From Hyaloraphidium curvatum SAG 235-1 (Eukaryota > Fungi > Monoblepharomycota): a DNA stretch of 64,000 nt. This document shows positions 22,325 to 32,650 of the stretch, piece by piece. The number at the start of each line of letters is the position of its first letter. The first letter of the stretch is position 1. The position numbers and the translations under genes are program-made. Location of the stretch: NCBI GenBank assembly GCA_025558095.1, contig JAIVFI010000032.1, forward strand, positions 310,001 through 374,000, given 5' to 3'. The notes under the pieces were generated by a model, which saw nothing but the letters and a program-made list of their open reading frames with translations, made no database searches and was not told the DNA's origin.

Positions 22325-22593
22325 CCCCGCGGCTGGAGTTGCCCGAGTTCGGATCAAAGGACGTCTCGAATGGGAGGGGCCGCGTCAACTGTTGTGACTC
22401 AAAACGTTGTGATTTATGCCGCAGTTATCTTTACAATCTTTAGATGTCGTGCGCCGGCGAGTTAGGGTAGGTGATTCCGATAGCGCGATGGTGGCCGCGC
22501 GGCCGGAGCGGGAGCCGTGGACTTCCGTGGCGCCGTCCCGTCCAATGCATAAACACCGCCGCCGAATCGGCGGTTCGCCACAGAGTCCCGGCG

Positions 22594-23547
22594 ATGGCAT
22601 CCCCAGAAGTGCAGGCCACCAAAGACCCGAGCGTGTGGGCCATCGACTGGCTTTCAACGCCTGCCGGCGCCATCCGCCTCGGCCGCGCCCGCACGGCGTT
22701 CCGCGGCCCCTCAACCCCGACCGTGCTCATAATCCCCGGCCGCGGCGACTCCCTCGAGCTGCGCGCCTGGGTTGCCGCCCGGCTAGCGCGAATGGGCGCC
22801 GACGTGGTCATGGCCGAGCACCTCGGCCAGGGCGGATCCCGGGCGCTTGGCAGGCACCCCGGCGCCGTGCACGTCGGCTCCTTTTCGCAGCACCTTGATG
22901 CCGTGGAGGCCGTGCTTGAAGGGATTAACGGTCCGGCGTACCTGCTCGCGCATTCGATGGGAGGGCTTCTTGCCGCGCACCTTCTCGCGAGGCACCCCGA
23001 CAGGTTCGCCGGTGCCGTGCTCACGTCGCCAATGTGGCGGTTTGCCGGAGTGCCGACGTGGCTGGCCGCTGCGTTGGCGAAGGTGGCCTTGTTGTTCGGC
23101 TGGGGAGATGAGTTCGCGCTCGGGGAAGGCCCTTTCTCGCTGCAGGCCTGCACGCAGATGCGCACCTCGGGCAAGACTGACAGGGACCAGCTCGTCGCCC
23201 TCGCCGCTTTCGCTACCGCCTATCCGGAGCTCGTGAGGGGCGGATCGACCTGGGGATGGACCGCCGCTGCCGCGGAGTACATGACCGCTCTCGGATCCCT
23301 GGACCTGGGAGCGGTCCGCTGCCCCGTGCTGGTCTTCAAGTGCGCCGAAGATGCCACGGTGGACCTCGGCATCATGGATGCGGTCGCGGCCAAGTTCGCG
23401 AGGGGCACCTGCCTGGCGCTCCCGGGCGGACACGACCCTTTCTTTGGCAACCGCTCAGTGAGGGAGGAGCTTTGGGCTGCGATCGAAAAGACCTTCTCTC
23501 TGCCAGTCAAGAACTACGACGCCTCGATGCCGATTCTTCGCCTGTAA
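22594..23547 (+). CDS. Alpha/beta hydrolase, lysophospholipase L2 (PldB)/monoglyceride lipase-like, intronless
   Basis: VLIIPGRGD, EHLGQGGS, nucleophile elbow AHSMGG, Asp in AEDATV, His in GGHD. Confidence 0.88.
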   Translation: MASPEVQATKDPSVWAIDWLSTPAGAIRLGRARTAFRGPSTPTVLIIPGRGDSLELRAWVAARLARMGADVVMAEHLGQGGSRALGRHPGAVHVGSFSQHLDAVEAVLEGINGPAYLLAHSMGGLLAAHLLARHPDRFAGAVLTSPMWRFAGVPTWLAAALAKVALLFGWGDEFALGEGPFSLQACTQMRTSGKTDRDQLVALAAFATAYPELVRGGSTWGWTAAAAEYMTALGSLDLGAVRCPVLVFKCAEDATVDLGIMDAVAAKFARGTCLALPGGHDPFFGNRSVREELWAAIEKTFSLPVKNYDASMPILRL

Positions 23548-23930
23548 TAGTGCTGCGGATGCAGACATACGCGTTCGGACTTCGGCTTGCCAACCCTGGC
23601 CAGTTTGGACGAGGCCAACGGCGGCTAGGACGACGGTGCAGATCAGCCAATCTTTGGCATTTAAATTGCTTCCGTAGTCTTATGTAAGAGCTTGGGCGGA
23701 ATTCAAGTGAGGTGACGTCTCCAGAAGCCCAGCGCAACGGCACCTCTCCAAACCGCTCTCGTAAGGCGAATCCCGGCAGGAGATTTTGCGGAGCTCTGGA
23801 TCAAGAAAAGGGCCCGCGACTGTTCCCTCTTGTGATCGTTGCGGGGGTTCGGGGGCCACCGATCCGCGTGCGCACGGATTCCGTGTTGTGTCGACCCGCG
23901 TCGATTTCACCGCTCCCCCGCAAACACACG

Positions 23931-24563
23931 ATGAGGCTCGCGATTTTCGGCGGCACCGGCAAGACCGGCCGCCTCGTTGTCGAGCGCGCGCTCGCCGCCG
24001 GCCACGAGGTCCGCATGCTGGCGCGGTCGCCGGACAAGGTCGCGCTGAAGGACCCCAGGCTCACTGTCGTCGCGGGCCAACTGTCGGACTGGGAGCGCGT
24101 TGCCGAGACCGTCCGCGGGACCGACGTCGTGATTTCCGCGCTGGGGCCCACGCACAACAAGCCGACGTTCGACGTGTCGGCCGGGATGGCCAACATTGTA
24201 GCGGCTATGAAGCAGGAAGGCGTCAAGCGGATCGTGGCCACTGCGGGGGCCGGCGTGCCGGATCCCGGCGACAAGCCGGGCTGGATGGACGCGGTGGTCG
24301 TGTTCATGCTCAAGCGGCTGCAGGGCAACCTTCTGGCGGACGTCACCAAGGCCGTCGAGATCCTGCGCGGCTCGGGGCTGGACTACACCGTCCTGCGGGC
24401 GCCCATGCTGACGGACGACGCCCCTACGGGCTCGGTGCGCCTCGGCGCGGTCGGAAAGGACATTGGCGTCAAGCTAACGAGGGGCGATTTTGCGGCCGAG
24501 CTCTTCAAGCAGGCCGTAGAGAAGTCGAGCTGGATCGGGAAGGCACCCGGCATTTCGAATTAG
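23931..24563 (+). CDS. NAD(P)H-binding atypical SDR, flavin reductase/biliverdin reductase B-like, intronless
   Basis: MRLAIFGGTGKTG, DVVISALG, GVKRIV, SGLDYTVLRAPML, LTRGDFA; 210 aa. Confidence 0.92.
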   Translation: MRLAIFGGTGKTGRLVVERALAAGHEVRMLARSPDKVALKDPRLTVVAGQLSDWERVAETVRGTDVVISALGPTHNKPTFDVSAGMANIVAAMKQEGVKRIVATAGAGVPDPGDKPGWMDAVVVFMLKRLQGNLLADVTKAVEILRGSGLDYTVLRAPMLTDDAPTGSVRLGAVGKDIGVKLTRGDFAAELFKQAVEKSSWIGKAPGISN

Positions 24564-25042
24564 TGGATCAGCAGAAGGAGATATCGAGGCCGTGCCTATA
24601 GAACCGTTGTATGGGCACATTTCGAGGAACATGGAAGAGACGATAGCGCAGACATCAATCTGGCAACTTCAGTCGACGAGAGTTCGCTAGGTTCAGTCGC
24701 GCTAGGATGAAGGTCGTAGGATCCGCCTCCTGATGGGACATGCGGATGCGGTCTATTGGCCGTAACACCGAGGGTCCTGCCCCGCGGGAGAAACGTCGTG
24801 AACCCCGAGGAGCTCATTCGCGTAAACGCCTCAGCGTCAACCATCTGGGTCACGTGTAGGGCGGCAAAGGCAATAACAACCGCAGGAGATGTCGGATCCA
24901 AATGATTGCTCGGCGATTACTTGGACGAGCGGCGACTGCAGGATTCCACGTGGGCCGTCCCAGGCGGCGCGCTCGATCGCGACCACGCACTCCATGCGTT
25001 CGAACCGTCGCACTGTCGGGGCCCGCTGGACGCGTTCTTCCG

Positions 25043-26566
25043 ATGGACGAGGGGCACAAGGAGGAGCCCGGCGGGCCTCCCGCGGGCCCCACCGCGGCCG
25101 ACTGGATGGCGGTCCTCCCTCTGCCGCCGGCGCCCCCGCAGAAGCGCTTCGCGCGGCCGTCCCCCGCGGACCCGGCGGCGGCCCTGCGCGCCGAGCGGCC
25201 CCTCACGCTCGAGACGCTCCTCGCGGATCTGCGCCGCTTCAGCTCCTCGCTGGCGCTGGCCGTCCGGATACAGCTTCTCATAGGCCCCTGGGCACGTCGC
25301 GTAGTCCTACGCGCGATGGTGGGCACGGTGCTTGCCGGTGCCCTGTCTGCGGTTCCGTTCGTGTTTGGCGGAGGCGCGGTGTTCGCCCTGCCTCAAATGG
25401 TGGTCGGCACTGTCGCGCTGAACCTTTTCGCCCTCGCAATGTGGGGGATAACGGCCCTGGCAGTGTACCGCGCCGCCTTCGCGGCGGCATCGGGCGCCCC
25501 TGCCGCATCTGCTCCCAGGGACTTCTCCGCCCTCGGTGTAGCCGGGCTTGCTCGCTGGATTGAGGCACTTGGCCCCTCCAATCAGCCTTCGGTGCTGCTC
25601 GAGCATGACGCGAAGGACCCGCCAGGCATGTGTCCCTGCGCAGAGCCATCCTGCTCCGGAAAGCTCCCAGCCCGCGCGGCCGCGCTGCGCTGGCTCGAGA
25701 TTGTCTCCAAAACCGCCCTACTTCTGGTGTTTCAGACTTTCGTCCTCTGGACGCCGCTAGCATCGCCCGTCTACGCTGCAACAACCTGGACCACACCGTG
25801 GAGCATTGTTCTTGGCTGCCTCGCCGTGCTAGGGGCGCTCAGCTTCTCCATCCCGATCTCCCTCGGACGGTTCACGACGAACCTTGCGCTCCTACAGCTT
25901 GCACACCGCGTGGACCGCCGCGCCGTCCAGCTCGCATTGACCGACCTGCTTGACCGCTACCACGCCGCCGCAACCGGCACGGCACCGTGGCATCCGCGCG
26001 CGCCCGAGCCCTATACCACCACGCACGCGCTGCTTCTTTCGGCGTGGAACCGGCGCCTTTCGACCTTCAATTCCTCCGTCTCTTTCATCTTTGGCCTCGC
26101 CGCGGCTGCCATCGCGGCCGCGGCCAACGCCATCGCCGGCGGGTGCATCCCCGCCGTCTACATCGCCTACTGGGCCTACGCCGGCGTGATCAACCTCTTT
26201 GACCTCGTCAACGTCGCCGCCGCCAACGCCCAAGTCTCGGACATTGGCGAGCTCTACGCCGACGCCGCGCGGGAGCTCGCAGAGACGCACCGCGACGCCG
26301 CCGCGGCAGGGGCAGCTGCGGACACCTCCCCGGCGCGGACCGCGGCCGACCCCGCGCTGCTGGTCGCCATGCGCGCCGATGCCGCCGTTCTGGCGACGTA
26401 CGAGGATGTGGACAGGTTCAGGACGAGGTTCCTGGGCTTCGTGGTGACCTACGGCGCGGTTAGGACGATCGTGGTGACCGCCGTGACCCTGGCGGTGGCG
26501 CTCTACTCCGTAGTCCGCGGTCTGGGCGTTTTCGTCACATTGGAGACCATGTGTCCGACGAGGTAG
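25043..26566 (+). CDS. 7-TM membrane protein, candidate 7TMIC (Gr-like/DUF3537-like) family, paralog 2 (intronless)
   Basis: Seven hydrophobic segments; end-to-end similarity with 14250-15786. The CDS is well supported; the family call is inference. Confidence 0.82.
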   Translation: MDEGHKEEPGGPPAGPTAADWMAVLPLPPAPPQKRFARPSPADPAAALRAERPLTLETLLADLRRFSSSLALAVRIQLLIGPWARRVVLRAMVGTVLAGALSAVPFVFGGGAVFALPQMVVGTVALNLFALAMWGITALAVYRAAFAAASGAPAASAPRDFSALGVAGLARWIEALGPSNQPSVLLEHDAKDPPGMCPCAEPSCSGKLPARAAALRWLEIVSKTALLLVFQTFVLWTPLASPVYAATTWTTPWSIVLGCLAVLGALSFSIPISLGRFTTNLALLQLAHRVDRRAVQLALTDLLDRYHAAATGTAPWHPRAPEPYTTTHALLLSAWNRRLSTFNSSVSFIFGLAAAAIAAAANAIAGGCIPAVYIAYWAYAGVINLFDLVNVAAANAQVSDIGELYADAARELAETHRDAAAAGAAADTSPARTAADPALLVAMRADAAVLATYEDVDRFRTRFLGFVVTYGAVRTIVVTAVTLAVALYSVVRGLGVFVTLETMCPTR

Positions 26567-26822
26567 AGTGTGGAATTTGCCTGCGTAAGGTATCCCGACG
26601 GCCCAGAAAAAGTCTAGTAAATATGCCTCCAAGTATCGGGAGATCGGCGTCCTGTCCGAATCCCCGATCGTCTTTGGGCGGCGCGCCCGATCGTAGTTGA
26701 GCCGACAAGCAGCCGCTCGTCCCCGGTCACTCGACGCCCGCTCTCCCCTCGGAGAAACCTCCTGCACCGGCCGCCCACCTTCCTCCCCCCCGGCCCGACC
26801 GTCCCGCCCCCGCCCCGCCGCG

Positions 26823-27689
26823 ATGGCCCGCGTCTACTCCCACGAGGAGCTCTACAAGGTTTCGGGGTCCCTACCGGCGAACGGCCGCCCCCCGCTGACC
26901 GTGCCCCGCCGCAGCTCGTCAAGACGTGGATAAAGGAGGAAGAAGGTTGGTCGCTGCAGAACCAGAGGGATGGGCTTGTCATGCACAGGTGGGGGCCGGC
27001 CCCCTTGGGGGGTTACTCCGTTGAAGGGTCTGACGGGCGCTCCACCCCGCGCCGGGTCAAAGCAAGCCGATGAACGGGCTGGCCATCGCGTGCTACAGGA
27101 TCGCCGATACCGGGTTGGAGAAGGGGAAGGATGCCAAGAAGATGGTGGACCACATGGTGGGCGGCCGCCGGTTCCTGGCCGGATCGAAGGGGCCGCTGAC
27201 CGTTCCGGCCAGGTCGGGATGAGGGAGAAGGAGTGGAAGGAGCTCGACGCGTCCACCAAGGTCTGGAAGCTCCTCGATTCCAACGCCGAGCGCGACGTCA
27301 TCTACCAGTGCAACTCGCTGCCCTGGCCGCTCTCGAGCCGCGAGTTCCTGGTGGAGCGGAGGCGGTTCAGCGACGACGAGGGAGAGTTCCTCGTCGTGCT
27401 GGATGCCGAGGGCGTCAGCGGGGCGCCGTCGGAGAAGGGGGCGGTCAAGGCGCGGAGCGTGATCAACGTCAACGCGGTGGGCGGTGCTGCGGCGCTCTCC
27501 TGGGGAAGGGGAGGACTGAAATTGCGCCGCCGTGGGTTCGGTTTCCAGTTCCTCAAGGTCGACGGCGGCACCAAGATCTTCCGGTTCGTCCAGATCGACC
27601 CGGCGGGCTCGATCCCGTCCTTCGTCGTCAACGCCAAGGCCTCCGACTTCATGGACGACGTCCTCAAGTTCAAGAAGTTTCCGGGGTAG
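26823..27689 (+). CDS. START-domain (lipid-binding) protein, about 5 exons
   Basis: Spliced product MARVYSHEELYK-LVKTWIKEEEGWSLQ...VIYQCNSLPWPLSSREFL...EKGAVKA...VQIDPAGSIPSFVVN contains the START hallmarks PWPxSxR and DPxGxIP. Confidence 0.85.
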
Positions 27690-27949
27690 CGTCGGTGTTC
27701 TTGGGGCGTGGGCGGAAAGTGGGAGCCGCGGGGTGGAGGTGGGCGGAAAGTGCGACGGTCGATACTCGAAAGTGCGAGCGGGGTGCCCGATGCTTCGATG
27801 TACGTCCTCGCTAATCTATCGAATGTCAAGTTCCTACTGTCGACGAAGGACGGCTCTCGTCCCGACAGCGGTAGTGCCCCTTGTTGGGGCCTCGATTGGT
27901 GGTTGCGAAGGCGACCCACCGCACTTTTGACCGCCGAGGAGGCGGCCCG

Positions 27950-30790
27950 ATGGCCAAGCCTCCTGCGCCGGACCCGCGGCATTCGCACGGGTCCGACGCG
28001 TCGGAAGCTGTGCCGAACGGCGGCGCGTCCGGCGGCGCGGCGGCGGACGACGGTGCGCGGCGGCGTCGCAATGCCGACCCCTCGCGGGGCCCGTCTTCCC
28101 GCGTCGATTTCCGGTTCTCGGCGGACTCGGCGGACCTGGGCGACGCGGATCTGCCGGCGGCCGACGAGCCGCTGCCGCGCTACGAGTCGGGGTTCCTCCC
28201 GGCGATGGCGCTCGGCGTCGACGCGGACGCCGCGCGCGCCGCGCTGCTCGCCTCGCCGCCGCCGGCCGCCGTCGTGTCGCCCGAGCTGTACGCCGAGCAG
28301 CCGCGCGGGCTGGCGCCGAACCGCTACCCGACGATCGACTGGGTGCGCGACGGCATGCTCGACCGCAGGAGGCGCCGCGCAGAGTTCGTCGCCGCGCGCA
28401 CGTCGGTGGCGCCGACGCTCTCCGCGTGGGCAATCGGCGCTGCGGACGCCGCCCGCCCGTGGGCAGCAGCGACCCTGGCCGGCCTGATGACCGGCCTGCT
28501 CGCCGCCTCGGTCGCCGTCTTCACGGCGTTCCTGGTCGACGTCAAGACCGGCGTGTGCCGCGCGCTCATCTCGGACGGCCGCAAGGGCTGGTACCTCCCC
28601 AAGCGCGCGTGCTGCCTCGGCGCCGTCGACGCCGACGCAGGCGACTGCCCCGAATGGCAGCCGTGGTCGGAGCTCCTCGGCGTGCCGGGCTCGTACCTCG
28701 CGGACTACGGCGCCTTCACCGCCTTTTCGGTCCTCTTTGCCATGGTCTCCTGCCTGTGCGTCGTCACCTTGGCGCCGTGGGCCGGGGGCGAGGGCATCCC
28801 GGAACTCAAGACGGTGCTCGGCGGCAACCGCATCCCCGGCCTGCTCTCTCCGACCACGCTGCTCGTCAAGGCCGCCGGCCTGCCGCTGGCCATCGGGTCG
28901 GGGCTTTCGGTCGGCAAGGAGGGCGCGCTGATCCACGTCGCAGCCTGCCTCGGCGGCCTCGCGCTGCGCCTGGTGGGCGGCGCGAGCTCCGAGAGCCGCA
29001 ACCGCGAGATGCTCTCGAGCGCGGCCGCGGCGGGGATCGCCGTGGCTTTCGGCGCCCCCATCGGCGGCGTCCTTTTCTCCCTCGAGGAGGTATCGACGTT
29101 CTTCCCGCTCAAGACCGTCTGGCGGAGCATGCTCTGCGCCATGGTCGCCGCCGTGACGATGCAGATCATGGACCCGTACCGCGGGAAGCGCGTCGTTTTC
29201 GAGGTGCTCGGCCAGGGCGAGGCGGACTGGAAAATGTTTGAGCTCCCCGCCTTTATCGTGCTCGGCGCCATCGGCGCCGCCTACGGCGGCTTCTTCATCA
29301 GCGTCAACATGAAGGTGCAAGCCTGGCGCGAATGGCTCTACGCCCCCGCCCCCGCACCGCCGCAGCGCGATCCCCGCGCCCCCGCCCCCCCACCGCGCTC
29401 CCCCTTCCTCACCCCCCTCCTCGACGCCTTTGCCCTCGCCCTCCTCACCGCCGTGCTCTTCTACCCCTCACCCCTCACCCGCCTCGACGACCTCCGCGTG
29501 CTCGAGCTGCTCTTCCGGGACTGCCCCGAGCCCGGCTCCACCCTCGCCCCCGCGGACCCGCTCTGCCCCGCCGGCCCCGTCGCCCGCACCAAGCTCTTTG
29601 TCGTGCTCGCGCTCACCGCCTCCCTCAAGACCTTCCTGACCGCCGCCACCTACTCCCTCCCCGTGCCCTCGTCGGTGTTCATCCCCGGGATGGCCGTCGG
29701 CGCGCTGCTCGGCCGCGCGGTGGGGATGCTGGTGCAGGGGTCGGCGGCGGGCGGGGGCGCGTGGTTCGGCGAGTGCCGGCTCAAGCCGGACGAGGAGTGC
29801 GTGGGTCTGGGACGGTACGCCCTGCTGGGCGCGGTGGGGGCGCTGGGCGGGATCACCAGGTTGACGGGTGGGTACCGCGCGCGCCGCGGACGTCCCGCCC
29901 TTCCCTGACCTGACCGCGTGCATGCCGCAGTCTCGCTCGTGGTCATCATGTTCGAGCTCACGGGCCAGCTCTCCCTCGTCGTGCCCTCCATGGTCTGCCT
30001 CGTCTCGGCGCGCATCGCCTCGGACCTCATGGGCATCCGCCGCGGCTTCGCGGACGAGTGCATCCGCGCAAAGGGGTACCCGTACCTGGACCCCAACGAC
30101 GACAGGGCGCCGCAGGGGGAGGTGCGGGACTGCATGACGCCGCTGGAGGAGCTGGTGACGCTGCCGGCGCGGGGGGAGCCGGCGGAGAGGGTCGGGGAGA
30201 AGATGGGGAGGGGGTACCACGGGTTCCCCGTGGCGGACGGGGAGCTGATGGCCGGGTGGGTGCAGGCGGCGGACGTCAGGAGGGTGCTGGACGGGCTGCA
30301 GCTCGCCCCCGGGGCGTGGGTGAGGTTCGACGGGCGGGGCAGGACGAACGGGAGGAGGGTGTGGGTCGGCGGGGCGCCGGTCTACGTGGAGGAGGAGGCG
30401 GGGGACGGGGAGGCGATCGAGATGGTGGGGGATGCGGGGGTGGGGAGGGTGCGGGCCGCGGACCTGGCGAGCATCGTCGATCCCGCGCCCATCACGCTGA
30501 ATCCGCACCTGCCCGCGGCGGTGGCGGTGGACCTGTTCCGCAAGGTCGGTCCGCGGTGCGTGGTGGTCACGCGCAGGGGGAGGCTGAGGGGAGTGCTGAC
30601 CAAGAAGGACCTGCTGGTGGTCCTGGACTCGATGGATGCGGAACCGGAAGCCGAGGAGGGGATGGACGAGGAGGAGAGGGAGATTGCGGGGACGGTCGGA
30701 GGCGAGGAGCGGTCGTGGTGGGAGAGGCTGACGGGGCAAGGTGTGGGAGCGGACGAGATACCGCTTGTACGAGGCGGGCGCGGGGAGTGA
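27950..30790 (+). CDS. CLC family anion channel/antiporter (ClC-3/Gef1-like) with CBS domains
   Basis: YPTIDW, GEGIPELK, GKEGA, FGAPIGGVLFSLEE, VFIP, RLTVSLVVIMFELTG (joined across intron 29868-29930), GYPYLD, C-terminal CBS pair ending GVLTKKDLL. Confidence 0.93.
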
Positions 30791-30849
30791 TACATCTTGA
30801 TACCGAGGCGAGGAGTGTTGAAGAGCAAGCGTCCGTCTATCGGCGGTGG

Positions 30850-32511
30850 TCAGGTCGCCCACGTGCCCTCCCAAAGATCGGCCATGATCTCGATCCACTC
30901 TTTCGACACCATGTCCGAGAACGGAACCTCCTCCATCTTCCACGCCTTGCCCTCGGCGTGCTCGATGGAAAAGCAGAGGTTGAATGTGGCCTGCTCCTTG
31001 GTGCACGGGGCCGAGAATGGTGGCTTCAAGCCCGGATCGCCCAAAGAGACGTTGATGGCAGGCGCCGGGTATGCAAACTGCGGGCGCGCCATGAGCGGGC
31101 TCGAGGGATGCAGGCGTCCCGGGGGCCATTGGCCCGTGGCGTTTCTAGCCACCTCGTACCCTCGCTTTCGAACGAGGCGCCGCACGAACGCCCATGGAAG
31201 CAGGTGCTTGAAGCGGGGCGCTTCTCCGTCGCCCCACGAGCAGTTGGCACCGAACCCCGGCGTCGGGGAGTACTTGACAAAGTTTGCATGCAGGAAGAGC
31301 GCCTTGCCGTCCGTCGGCGAGAACTGCACGAGCGAGTGGCCGCAGAAGCCCGGCTTCCCGGCCATCACCCGGAGGTGCTCTGTAAACGGGAGCTCCAGGT
31401 CGAGGATCGACCCTCGCAGGCCAGCTTCGGCGGGCATGTCGCGAACGAGGTAGTACGGTACGCCCAGGGCGAGAAAAGCGAAGCGGAAGGTATCCTTGTC
31501 GCCGAGGAAGATGTCGTACCAGGGCCTGTTCTTTCGCGGCGTAGAGGAGCGGGCAAAGAGGTTGATGCCAAAGACCGGTTCGTCGCTGTAGCCGCGTTCG
31601 TTCATCCACCACGCCAGCCACAGCGCGCGGCGGACGTCCCGGTTTCCCTTGTCGACCAGCATGGCGCCGCTCTCAAACTCCCACTCGTTTCGGCACGGGA
31701 CCTCGAAGATCTCCCACACGCGGCTCTTGGACGTCACGCGCCAGAAGTCGGGCCAGAACAAGGCCCCGACCGCAGCTTCCTGCGAGCCGAAAACCGGTCC
31801 CGGATTCGAAAGAGGCAGAACGTCCGAATCGAGCCATAGCGGCCGCTGGAACTTGGAGAGCAACAAAGCGGCCGGCTTGACCAGGAAGTTCTTCTTCCCG
31901 ACCCGCGGCGTGGGATTCACGACGTCGCTTTCGTTGTGCCCAAAGCTCCGGAAAAAGACCGGTTGAAGGCTGTAGTTGCCCGGATGCCGGGCCTGCAGCC
32001 TGTCCAACTCCGTGTTCAGCGCGTTCCCGGCCACCTCGTGATCAAAATCCGTCGCCACTCCGTACATGTGGAGGAACCAGACCTCCACCGGGAGCGTGCA
32101 TCCCAGGGCGCGGAGGAGGACCACGATGGTGGCCACCCGCGACATCGCCCCCTCCGTGTTCTCCGCCGACATGACGATGCCGTCCGTTCCCGGGTCGAAG
32201 GGCGCGTCGTCCCGCAGTCCGGTCGCGACGTGGCGCTTCCATTTGGTCCTCAGGCGATCCACCTCCAGGTCCGTCAGCCTCTCCGGCACATGGAGGTTCG
32301 AGTTCACGCTCTCCAGGACGTACGGATCGAAGTCCTCCCCGACACAGGACGCATCTCGAGGCCCAGAGGCAAGCGAGACGGCGGCCGGCTCCGATTTGGA
32401 GTGAGGGAGAAGCGAACCGGCCCCGAAACGAAAGAGCAGCGCGGCCGCGGCGAGGGCCGCCAATCGCAGCGGGAGCGCCAGTTTCGGGAACGTTCGAAGC
32501 CGCAGAAACAT
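30850..32511 (-). CDS. GT71 alpha-mannosyltransferase (Mnn2/Mnn5-like), type II membrane protein
   Basis: N-terminal TM, GCTLPVEVW, LWLDSD (DxD), GALFWPDFW, EFESG, GDKDTFRFAF. Confidence 0.9.
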   Translation of the reverse strand: MFLRLRTFPKLALPLRLAALAAAALLFRFGAGSLLPHSKSEPAAVSLASGPRDASCVGEDFDPYVLESVNSNLHVPERLTDLEVDRLRTKWKRHVATGLRDDAPFDPGTDGIVMSAENTEGAMSRVATIVVLLRALGCTLPVEVWFLHMYGVATDFDHEVAGNALNTELDRLQARHPGNYSLQPVFFRSFGHNESDVVNPTPRVGKKNFLVKPAALLLSKFQRPLWLDSDVLPLSNPGPVFGSQEAAVGALFWPDFWRVTSKSRVWEIFEVPCRNEWEFESGAMLVDKGNRDVRRALWLAWWMNERGYSDEPVFGINLFARSSTPRKNRPWYDIFLGDKDTFRFAFLALGVPYYLVRDMPAEAGLRGSILDLELPFTEHLRVMAGKPGFCGHSLVQFSPTDGKALFLHANFVKYSPTPGFGANCSWGDGEAPRFKHLLPWAFVRRLVRKRGYEVARNATGQWPPGRLHPSSPLMARPQFAYPAPAINVSLGDPGLKPPFSAPCTKEQATFNLCFSIEHAEGKAWKMEEVPFSDMVSKEWIEIMADLWEGTWAT

Positions 32512-32650
32512 AGAAGGGTGGTGGCACCGGGCCTACAGCGGCGCGTTTCGTGCCATATGGTTCGAGAACCATGAAGCGAAAAAGCGGAGGGACGGGCGAA
32601 GCATATCACGCGCAGGCGGCAAGTCGAAATGGCATCTCGGACATGAGAAA

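Noticed and set aside
24596-24901. 101-aa minus-strand ORF between the reductase and the 7-TM gene
   Set aside because: Non-ATG start, lower GC, no motif; probably intergenic.
27302-29320. Long antisense ORFs (also 29468-31129, 54772-56505, 61409-63457, and the N-terminal extensions of 35505-37625 and 36324-39212)
   Set aside because: Arg/Gly/Pro-rich shadow frames of real genes, expected from GC-rich codon usage, with no domain motifs.
30040-30065. Loss of the central Tyr in the CLC (GFADE)
   Set aside because: To my recollection some fungal ClC-3-like proteins already have xAD here, so it is not distinctive by itself.
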